A DNA stretch of 63,884 bases, the filler included, from Thraustochytrium aureum (taxonomy: Eukaryota), in NCBI GenBank assembly GCA_012862495.1. It is 6 parts of 5 records of this genome, joined end to end, with 100 filler letters (N's around TTAATTAATTAA, not from the genome) between each part and the next. Parts side by side here need not be neighbours in the genome. Positions count along the whole stretch, not along the records: positions 1 to 14,439 come from BLSG01000018.1; positions 14,540 to 27,863 come from BLSG01000018.1; 4 more parts are not named here. One strand, written 5' to 3'. The translations under genes and the position numbers were made by a program. This document shows, one piece after another, positions 10,541-20,712 of this stretch. Within the stretch, counting starts at the first letter, position 1, and the number at the start of each line of letters is the position of its first letter. The notes below the pieces were generated by a model. It saw only the letters and a program-made list of their open reading frames with translations, was not told the DNA's origin and did not search any database.

Positions 10541-13500
10541 CTCGAGCCGTGCGCAGCGGCGGGCTGCCGGTAGTGCTGGCAGTAGGGCTGCGCGGACGGG
10601 CCGCCGGCGAAGGATGTCGAGAAGCCCGGCGGAGGGTAGCTGTTGAAGCGGTGGCGGTGGTGGAACTGCATGTCGTACTCCAGACGCTTGGCCGGGTCGC
10701 TCAGGACGTCGTAGGCGCCGTTGATTTGCTTGCAGAGCTCCTCGGAGCCCTCCGGCTTGTCCGGGTGGTGCTTGAGCATGAGCTTGCGGTAGGCCTTCTT
10801 GATCTGGTCTGGCGTTGCGTTCTGCGACACGCCGAGCACGGCGTAGTGCTCTGTCTCGGACGGGACCCCCTGGCTCGGCTGCTCAGAGGGCGGTGGCTCG
10901 CCGTTGGCCTGGCGGCGCTTGCGCTCGTACTTGTTCCAGCGCGCCTCGCTACGCTCTTGGTTTTTGGCGTCGCGCTTGCGGCGCTGTTGCTCCTTGAGGC
11001 TCTCGAGCTCGCGGAGGAGGTCCTCAGACGGCGCCAACTTGTGGGCCTGCTCGAGATCGTAGAGGGCCGTCTTGAGCTTGTTGAGGGCCACGTTGGCGCG
11101 CGCCCGCCGGATGCGCGCCTTGGTGTAGGTGGGCGCCTTGCGGAGCGCCGCGTCGCAGTCGGCGACGGCGCTGTCGTAGTTTTTCATGGCCATGTGCGCT
11201 GCTGCACGGTTGCAGAGCAGGATCGCATTGTAGGCGTCGTGATCGGTGTCCAGCTTGAGGGCCTCCTTGTAGCGAAAGATGGCCTGCGGGTAGAGTTTTT
11301 TGGCGAACAGCGCATTGGCAGTATCCTTGGCCGACTTGAGTTGCGCGAGAAAGTCGCGCTCCGCGCTGCAAGCAGCGCACAGCGGCAGCCCGGACTCGAC
11401 AAACACGCTCTCCACCAGGTCGAGGATCCGGAACGCCGTCTCGAAGTGGCTCGCACGGTGCACCTGGCGAACCAGCTTTGCCAAAATGGTGCCCGTTTCA
11501 GCGCCGCAGTTGTCGACCTTGTCCTCGGGCGCCTTGCCTGTTTCGGTGCCGGGAAAAAACGCAAAGACATAGTCGTGTGCTGCTTTCGTTTCAGCTTCGG
11601 CGCGCGCGTCGGCTCCAAGCCGAAGCTCGGGGCGGGTCTCCGCTTGGCAGAGGACGCTTATGGTTCGAAGGAGCCGGGCGCAGGGCCAGGCCGGGCAAAG
11701 GTCCACGAGCTGGTCGATCTTGGAGCGGGCGCGGTCGCTGGCAGGCGAGTCGCACAGCAGCTTGCATGTTTCTTTGTACAAAGTTGCAACCTCGTGCAGG
11801 AGCTCGGTCTCGCGCTGCGCCTGGTCGACCGCAAGCTCCTTGTCGCTTGACGCAGCAGCGCTCGCAGCTGCGACACGCTGGAGCCAGCGGGCCGCGAGGC
11901 GAAAGCAGCCGATCATGCGGAAAATCCTCGCACCACGCAGCCAAGCTTTGGTGTGTGTCGCGTCAAGGCCGACGACGCGGCAGCAGTCCTGGACGGCGCC
12001 AGGGAAATCCTGCAGTTTGCAGAGCACGCCGGCGCGGATAAAGTACGCGTCCGTCTCGGATGGGTGCAGCTTGCAGACTTGGTCCAGTCTCTGCGCTGCA
12101 AGCCGCAGCTGCCCGGCGTCGGCAAGCTCGCGAGCTTCTTGAAGGAGGACCTCGCCCGCGTCGGGCTTGTCCTCTGCACTAACGGGATGGGCCCACAGAT
12201 CCCCGCTCGCCCTTGGCGTGCTGATCCCAAACGTTCGCGGAGAGCAAGCCGCAGGCTGGCGCCCGAGGCTGCGCGGCCTGCGCGAGCCGCGCGCTGTCTT
12301 GCGCCGCGGGTCGGTGCTGCGTCGAGCTGCCTCCGCCGCAGCTGCAGCGCTAGCTGCCACTTTGCCCATTTGGAACATGAGCGGGCCAGGCGGCGAGGCG
12401 GCTTCTGGGCCGCCCTCGTCATCTTGGCTACGACCCGCTGACGGCGGTTTGGAGCGAGCTGCTGGGGGCTCGCGATCCGCTTTGGGAGACTCTTTGTCAA
12501 TCGTCAGCCCCTTGTTCGAGCTTGCCGGCGACGCCTCCGGTTTGGTCGCCGTGGGCACGCGCGGCTCGCTTGGGCTAGCCGGCGGCGTAGTCGCTTGTGC
12601 AGGGGCCGCTGTCCGAGCAGCAGGCACGTGCGGCTCGCCCGGGACCCAGCACTTTGCGGGAGCCCGCTGCGGAGGCGGAGGCGGTTGTGCTGGCGCCTCA
12701 CCCCCCGTTCCCCGCGCCTTCGCGTTGTCCGGTGGGGGTTGAGGCGCCTCGCCCTGAACAGGCGCTGGCTTGGCGCCCAAAACTGGGGACCGAAGGATGG
12801 GTAGCTCTTGCATGGTTTGCGCCTGCCGACGCGGCTTGCGGGGCTTGACGCGCATCCGCCCGGCGCTAAACTCGGGCTGCTTGCCAAGCGGCGGGCTGCG
12901 CAGTGACGCCTCGTCCTTGTAACCGCGCGCTAGATGCCGCACGTTCGGGGAGAATGGTGGAGCGGGAGGCGCCACCACTGGTGGGGTTGGTCTCTGGCGC
13001 GGCCCTGGTGGCGCGCTCAGCGGGATCTGGTGCCACGTCTCACCAGCATCGCTCCCGCGCGATCGCCGCCGCCTGTCGCTCGAGGATCTGCCGACTGGAG
13101 ACTGCGCCTGCCCCTGGGGCGGTTTCGAAGGCGTCTCGATCTCCATCGCGTTGTTGTCTAGGTTTTCCGAGGTGTGTCTTGTGTTTGGTGAGGGGCTCCC
13201 AGCCACCACTTCCTTCTGTGCTGCATTCGCATGCCTGAGTGGTGACGGGTTGTTTCCCCTATCGAGGCTACGGCGAAGGTTTCCTTTGCCGCGGCCAGGT
13301 TTCCTGGGCCGAGAGGCCCTCCCGACGGTCTTTCGCGCTTTTCCAGCGCTGCCAATATTTATAAAGCCACCAGGGGACTCCCCTTGACCTGGGGTTGTCG
13401 GCGGCGCACGACTTGGGTAGGGCGGTGTCTCCGGGTAAAGCCCGTTGTCGTCGAGGCCGTGCGGAATCAGGACCGGCCCGCTCCGGTTTCGTCCACTTGC

Positions 13501-13652
13501 ATCATGTCAAACGCCGAGGTGAGGAGCTCCGCCGCGTCATCCGCCTTGGACGCAAACCTGGACTCCCAATCTTGAATATCGTAAAGCGGGCTCTCCAGCG
13601 GGGCGAAGTCCGCGTGCTGTGCCAGCCCAGCCGGATCGACCCTCAAGCTCAT
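10522..13652 (-). CDS. DNAJC7: DNAJC7/Tpr2-like co-chaperone (disordered N-terminus, TPR repeats, C-terminal J domain)
   Basis: TPRs ([24 protein letters not shown]...[12 protein letters not shown]) and J domain HYAVLGV...[16 protein letters not shown]. The frame stays open up to ~13490 and probably joins MSLRVDPAG (ATG 13652) through one indel. Confidence 0.85.
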
Positions 13653-14439
13653 CGCGGCCTCCAGCCGGCGGGCCGGCCGGCCAGCCAGCCAGCCCTTCAA
13701 CCGACGCGAGCGTACACACCAAGACAGACACGCGCCGCCGCAGCCGGTCACTGCAAGCCGCCTTCCTTTCGCGCGAGGACCCCCGCGACCGCTCGGCGCC
13801 GGCCGCCTGCGCCCTCCGCTCCTCCGCTCCTCCGCAGCGCTCCTCCGCGTTGCGGGTCTGCTGCGAGGAAACGTACGTCACCGGAAAAACTACACCTTGG
13901 CGCCTAGTTCCGCCGGCTGCACCTTGCGCGCCTATGTGCGTTGAACACTCCAGCCAAGCAGGCGCAGATGTGATTATTACGTGATGACGGACTCGGCCGT
14001 TCTCGCCACCGTGTGGCGAAAACTGCGACGGGATGGCCGCCCGGCGCAGGCAGGCAACTCGTGAGGAAGTACCTACGCTACCTACGTGCTGTGCTGTACT
14101 TGTTCGAGATGGCATCCCTCGCGGCCCCGGGAGTCCGCGCTCCTGCGGCCTCGGCTTGTCTCGTGGTTTGGCGAAGGTTTTGACCCACCTTGCTGGTCTT
14201 GCGAGCCGGAGACTGCATTTCCTCGGCGGTGATGGACCAGCCCTGAACGCTTCAGCGAAAGAAAGACTCGTGATGGGGTGCGTATGAGGCTTGCGCCAAG
14301 CTTGCGCTGCTGCTCGTGGAGCTGATGGAGAGCTCGCTTGCTCACAGTCAAGCACCACGCACTGCAGATGTGAGGTTGATTGACGTTCTCCATCTGATCT
14401 GCTGGTTACGAGTATGTGAAGGGTCAGGGGTGCAGCCCC

Positions 14440-14539
14440 NNNNNNNNNNNNNNNNNNNNNNNNNNNNNNNNNNNNNNNNNNNNTTAATTAATTAANNNNN
14501 NNNNNNNNNNNNNNNNNNNNNNNNNNNNNNNNNNNNNNN
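14440..14539. other. Artificial scaffold linker (N44-TTAATTAATTAA-N44)
   Basis: 12-mer with stops in all six frames, flanked by Ns; the identical 100-nt structure occurs five times. Confidence 0.97.
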
Positions 14540-16238
14540 ACTCGAAGATGTTTTGGATCGACATCTTTGCCGTGAACCAGCACTACTCGACGACAAGAAG
14601 CTGCACGCGCGCGCAGAAAAGGAGCGCGCCGAGGACCTCGCTGGATTTGAGAATGTCGTGGCCAAGTCGCAAGAGGGGATGATTCTTTTCCTCAACCCGT
14701 GGAACGACCCTGGGAACAACATTCTTGGGCGCGCCTGGTGCTGGCTCGAGATCAGCCTGGCCCAATTGCACAAGAGAGAGATCAAGCTGGCCATGACGCG
14801 AAAGGAAGCCGCCGAGCTGCGCGAGGTGAGCAACGTCTACCTCAAGAAGGAGGAGGAATGGTCCCCCACCGAGCGCGTGCAGGGTGACCTTGTCAACAAG
14901 ATGCTGCGCGACATCGATGTGCAGCGCAGCGTGTGCCGGATCCCCGAGGACCAGGAGCGCATCCACAAGGAAATCGAGGAGCGCGTCGGGTTTCAAAAGG
15001 CCAACAGCGACATTATTCTCCAGGTCGCTTCCCTCATCATGACCACGGCAGACCAAATGCTCTCCTCGCACTCGGGCAACGGGCCGGAGAACCTGTACGA
15101 GGCCATGCTAAAGTTCTTTCCGAAGCGAGAGAAAGCTGCAAACAACAACAAGCTCGTTCGGGCGTACACCATCATGGGCTGGAAGACCAAAGCCGAAGCG
15201 CTCTGCAAGCGCGCGATTAAGGACCAGCGGGAGCTCATTCGCGAAGCGCAGGACACGGCGACGAAGGACGAGATTCGCAAGGAGATGGCGGCAAACCTCA
15301 ACAGCCTGGGGCGCCTGTACTGCGACTCGCGCGACGAAGGCGCTCTCGAGAAGGCGCTCGTTCTTCTAAATGAAGCGCTCGATATCCGCGGCCCCAACGA
15401 CGGCGAGGTTCTCTACAACATTGGCCGCGCCATCGTCCTCCACTGGGAGCTGTTCGACTCCAGAGCGGCGCGGAGTAGGCGCGACCGTGACGAAGACCTC
15501 ACGATGGCCCGGGAGAAACTGGAGCGGTCCAAAGCCGTGCAAGAGGGCAGCAAGAATGGCAAGACAATGGGCTCGCTTGGCGCTTGCTGCGTCTTCCTCG
15601 CGCGTGTGATCGAGTTGCAGGCCGCCGATGACGACAACAACGCCGATGACGAAACGCTTGACCAAGTCGAGAGCCTCTTCCGTCGCGGGATCGCGATACA
15701 ACAAAAGTGTTTTGGCGAGGCCGACCCGCGCGTTTTTTTCACCAAGGCCGACTTTGCGCGCATGTACGCGGAGCGCAAGCTCTTCGATGATGCCTGGGAC
15801 CTGCTTTGCGAGGCCTACGAAGGTCTGGTGCCAGCGGTGCAGCTCAAACTGGTCGACCCGGTCAAACTGCTCGAGTGCCTCGAGACGATGCTCAGGGTCG
15901 CTCTGGCGCACCAGCCACTCCGCCACGAGGGAGAGGCAGTGATCCAGTCCACGATGGGGCTCATCGATTGGCTCGAGGAGAAGCGGCCTCACATCCTCGA
16001 CCTGGACGACACGATGCACTTGGTGAACAAGCTGCACAAGCTCATCTTTTCGCATTCTTCCAAGTTTGACCTCGCGCTGGACTTTGTGGCGGCGCAGGAG
16101 GACCCCGCACCGGCGGCGGCTGCCGCCCAGCGCGACGATTCGCAAGCGTCGCGCCTGGGGAAGCGGGCGAGGATCAAGAAGGGGAGGAAAAGGGAGGAGG
16201 CCGGCTCGCAGCAGCGCGGCGCGGATGGGCCCGACTCG
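14540..16238 (+). CDS. TIR/HET-like N-terminal domain + TPR protein (protist family often annotated kinesin-light-chain/nephrocystin-3-like); partial
   Basis: FWIDIFAVNQH (different frame, indel near 14585), then FENVV...LFLNPWNDP...LGRAWCWLEI...IDVQRSVCRIPEDQERIHKEIEERVGF, followed by TPRs (AANLNSLGRLY, EVLYNIGRA). No stop before the gap. Confidence 0.75.
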
Positions 16239-16543
16239 ANNNNNNNNNNNNNNNNNNNNNNNNNNNNNNNNNNNNNNNNNNNNNNNNNNNNNNNNNNNNN
16301 NNNNNNNNNNNNNNNNNNNNNNNNNNNNNNNNNNNNNNNNNNNNNNNNNNNNNNNNNNNNNNNNNNNNNNNNNNNNNNNNNNNNNNNNNNNNNNNNNNNN
16401 NNNNNNNNNNNNNNNNNNNNNNNNNNNNNNNNNNNNNNNNNNNNNNNNNNNNNNNNNNNNNNNNNNNNNNNNNNNNNNNNNNNNNNNNNNNNNNNNNNNN
16501 NNNNNNNNNNNNNNNNNNNNNNNNNNNNNNNNNNNNNNNNNNN

Positions 16544-17594
16544 GGCCCTCCTGTCGATGCCCATGGAGACTATGCTCGACGCGTTGCCGAGCTTGATTGC
16601 AGACGTGATCATTTGCGACGCCCCGTACAACATCGGGATCAACCAGGTGTGGGATTCGCTGGGCCACGAGGCCTTTGTGGCGCAGGTGAGCAGGTGGGCG
16701 CGGCTGATGGTCCGCTGCCTGGCGCCCAACGGCGTTGGCTTCGCCTTCACCTCTGCTCACTACATGAGCTACTGGGTCAACGCTCTTCGGACCGCGCGGG
16801 GTGCGCCCGCGCTGAACGAGACCTCGACAAGCCCTGCGCCGCCGGTCATCGTCGAGTCGGCCGTCTGGTTCAAGCCGGACGCGCAGTGGCGGCACGAGTT
16901 TGTCCGCGACAACGTCGACAACCTCGCCTTTTCAAGCGAGTTTCGCAACCAACCGCAGCTGGTCAAGGACAGCTTTGAGGTCATGCTAATTTTTCGCCGC
17001 TCCGAAGCAGCCGCGACAGAGTTTACCGCTATTGCCGATCGCCTGCTGGCCCGAGACGCCGCCAACGTGTTTAAAATCGGCAAATGCAAGGGTGCAGAGC
17101 GCCTCCAGGGCGAGAGCTGGCACCCGGCGCAAAAGCCGCTTTCGCTGATGCGCGCCCTCGTCGCGGTTTGCAACGAGCGGAGCCGCCAGCCCTCGAAAGA
17201 CATGCTCGTCCTCGAGCCGTTTGCCGGGACAAGCTCTGGCCTGGTTGCTGCCGCGGAGGCGGGCGTTCCGTCAATTGGCTGCGAAAACGAGCAGCACTGG
17301 GTCGACGTCTCGCAGCGTCGTTTCCTGAGCCTTGACGCTGCCAAGTTGGCATGGCGCGATGGCGAGACGCCGAGGTCGGGCCGGTTCGGTCGGATCAAGT
17401 CATTTGCAGCAAAGTCTGGCGCGTGGCTCAAGTCGGCCGTCGCAGCGGCTTCAAGCGGCGGCGGCGAGACGCCCGCGAACAGCACGGAGCAAGAGCTGCG
17501 CAAGAAGCTGGACGAGCAGGCCAAGAAGCTCGAAGAGCAGACCAAGCTCATTCGCAGTCTTCAAGAGTCCCTCGCAAAGGCGCGGGCGGCTTAG
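16544..17594 (+). CDS. Beta-class amino-DNA methyltransferase (N6_N4_Mtase; N4-cytosine/N6-adenine) with C-terminal coiled coil
   Basis: Motif IV-like DVIICDAPYNIG (16617), RCLAPNG, VWFKP, SFEVMLIF, WHPAQKPLSLM (17121), motif I VLEPFAGTSSGLVAA (17214), SIGCE. Catalytic motif before the SAM motif is the beta-class order. Confidence 0.88.
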
Positions 17595-18727
17595 GCCGCT
17601 TGGAGCGGTGGCAGCCAGGCTGCCTGTTTGGGCCTGCATGCAAGCAAGCACAGGATGTTGATCTAGACTAGGAAATGACGTATCGCGCTTTTTTTTGGGT
17701 GGCAAGGCCGGCCACGGTACCTGCGAGTCGAACCCGAGCGTTGCGTGTTGCTCCTCTCGCCCCCGCGTCTCTAGAGCTAGACGAGCGAGCACGTCGTGGG
17801 CGCCAGCGCCGACTCTTGCCGCGCCGACGCCGTCCCCGGCGGCTGGGGTGAACGCCAGCGCGTGAAAGTAGAGGTACATCTGGAACGAGGCGACCCCGCA
17901 GAGCAAGTGCCAGGCCGCGTGGCCCTGGAGAAGCGAGTCCGGGTCGCAAACGATCCCGCGAATGTCGAGCGTCCAGATGGCGAAGGCGGCGCCAAAAGTG
18001 AGCGTGGCCATGGCAAGCGGGCGCAAAGGGGCCCGCTCCGCACGGCCGGGGATGACGGCGCGAGCGCGGGCCTCACACCCCATGAGAACCACCAGTAGGA
18101 CCAGGAAGATGTACCTGCGCGTGTCTGGAACGGCGAGACAGAGCCATCCCAGGGCGGCGTTACCGTGACGTACTCTGCCACAAAATAGGAGACAGCTCGT
18201 TCCATTCGCCAGCCGCCACGAACCCGCAAGGAGGCCAAGGAAAAGGGTGCCGGCGCGGAGGCCAACAGGTACATAGCGGCGTTGTCAATCCACTGCCCAT
18301 GGAGCGTCAAGCTTGCGTGATACCAGCCAGAGCCAGCGCCAAGGATGACGTTGCTGAGGCCGAACAGAACGCCAAAGACCACCCCGAGGCGGTCGTCATG
18401 GATCGCGCGCTTTCGAGTCGACGTCATCTGCTGTTGGACGCACTCGACGAGGATAACCGCCCCCGTGACGGTGAAGATGAGGTTGCTGAACGTGTTGGCG
18501 GGCTGCAAAACGAGGGTGTGCTTGCGCGGCCGTTCGCAAAAGCAGCCTCGCGGCGCGGCAAGACACGTCGCGGGCGTCCAGGCATCCCAGGAGGCATCGA
18601 TTGTGGCCAGCAGCGTAAAGAACCCGGCCGTGGTAATAAACACGGACAGCCCAAGCGTCGCCACGGGCAGCGACACCCCGTCCCGCAAAACAGCCAGCTT
18701 GCCCGCCGCCCCGCCCAACATGAACAT
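17451..18727 (-). CDS. Alkaline ceramidase-like CREST-superfamily membrane hydrolase (one indel near 18162; 3' end uncertain)
   Basis: FCERP...QPANTFSNLIF, GSGWYHASLTLHGQWID; after the frame switch IWTLD...QGHAAWHLLCG (SxxxH/D/HxxWH Zn-binding signature). Confidence 0.85.
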
Positions 18728-20712
18728 GGTCCGCTCGCGCTTCACGTCCTCGTGCCAACTCGCGCCGCAAGACTCGCCTCACGCGCGTTTACTCCGACTG
18801 CCAGCCCAGTCTGCCTGCCAAGCCAGGGCCGATCGGTCAATCGCTGGCGTCTACTTCCAGATCATCCAGCGAGCACCTCCAGCTGCACGACCGCCGCTCC
18901 AAGGAGGAGCCCGCGGGCTGCTCCGTCCCGACGCGCCGCGCCAACCAGGACTATCCTCCTGGTCGGACAGCTCTTGATCGCACCCTTCCTCATTGCTCTC
19001 TTTGTTCTCTTTCGCGTCCTGCAGGCTGCTGCACAAGCCAAATCCAACCGGACGGGACCCACGCGCGTGAATGCTCGGGAGCGGCGTTCGCTGCCGCTCC
19101 GCGTTGCGGGTCTGCTGCTTTTGCTCCCGCCTNNNNNNNNNNNNNNNNNNNNNNNNNNNNNNNNNNNNNNNNNNNNNNNNNNNNNNNNNNNNNNNNNNNN
19201 NNNNNNNNNNNNNNNNNNNNNNNNNNNNNNNNNNNNNNNNNNNNNNNNNNNNNNNNNNNNNNNNNNNNNNNNNNNNNNNNNNNNNNNNNNNNNNNNNNNN
19301 NNNNNNNNNNNNNNNNNNNNNNNNNNNNNNNNNNNNNNNNNNNNNNNNNNNNNNNNNNNNNNNNNNNNNNNNNNNNNNNNNNNNNNNNNNNNNNNNNNNN
19401 NNNNNNNNNNNNNNNNNNNNNNNNNNNNNNNNNNNNNNNNNNNNNNNNNNNNNNNNNNNNNNNNNNNNNNNNNNNNNNNNNNNNNNNNNNNNNNNNNNNN
19501 NNNNNNNNNNNNNNNNNNNNNNNNNNNNNNNNNNNNNNNNNNNNNNNNNNNNNNNNNNNNNNNNNNNNNNNNNNNNNNNNNNNNNNNNNNNNNNNNNNNN
19601 NNNNNNNNNNCGACCTCAGGCCTTGCAACAACAGGCCTTGCAACAACAAGCAAGGCAGCGGCGTTCCCAACAGGCGTTCCCAAACCCAATCTCGACGGGC
19701 GTTCCCAAACCCGTTCGGATGCCACACTGGTCCATAAATTCGTCCCAGACAGGTTTGTATGCTTCTAGCCAGGGACCCCACACAGACGCGCCAAAGCCGA
19801 TAGCATGGCCTTTTTCGCGGATTGGCGCAGGGAGCAACGGCCGCTCTCGTGCGAGCGGTTCGCCACCTCGCTCGCCTCCAGCCGCGGCAAGCGGGACTCG
19901 TGCGTCAACCATCGCGGCGCCTGGTCTGGCGCCTGCGCGCGCTGCACAGCTCCTCGCCTGGCTGCGCTGCGCCGAGCAGTTCCGCGTGGCGCTGGGCCCG
20001 AATCCGTTCCGCACCGGGAAAAAAACCGCGATTCGAAAAACAGCAAGCACGAAACAAACCAAAAAAACCGCGAGACGCGGAACAACACCAAAGCCAGAAG
20101 AAGAAAAGAAAGAAACCCCGACAAGCATCAACGCCAGGCAAACGATGCAAGGAGACCGGCCGCGCGGGTTCCTCTCCATCACATCTCGCCCGAAACGGAC
20201 GGGGGTTTCGTTGTGAGCCAGCGCGCCGCAAGAGAAGCCGACAGCTTGCGCAATTTGCTGCAATAGCTTCCGGTTTTCGATCGTTTTGTCTGAGGAGTGG
20301 CCTCGTGTCAAGGCGAACGCGGCAGACGCAGACACGGAACGCGAGCGTGCGTGCGTTGGGCGCGCAGCCGCGCAGAGTTGGGCGCCAAGAAGGCGAAGGC
20401 GAAGGCGAGAGCGACGGCGACGAGGACCCCGGGAGACCCGCTCTTACTGTTTGTTAGTAGTGCAAGCCGCGAGCGGGGCCGGCGCTCGGCGCGCGCGATT
20501 GTGGATAGAACTGAAGAAGGAAGGCTCGGGGACAAGTTACTCAGCAGAGAGTACTGCGCCCACTCTGCTCTTCGCTCCGGCGCTCCAGACGCGCAGACAG
20601 GGCGGAGGAGGGGGGCTGGAAGGGCTGCCGCTGGGGCCGGAAGGGGCCGCTGAGCAAGAGGCGCGTGGGCTGGGAGCCGGGGCTGGTATTCGCAAAAGAG
20701 GCACGCGGGGCG

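Noticed and set aside
10444..11850. Long antisense ORFs (e.g. 10444-11850, 3218-6133, 60745-61722)
   Set aside because: Shadows of GC-rich coding genes on the opposite strand, with no recognisable motifs.
14484..14495. Recurrent palindrome TTAATTAATTAA (5 copies) as a biological element
   Set aside because: Always centred in exactly 100 nt between N runs; a six-frame-stop concatenation linker.
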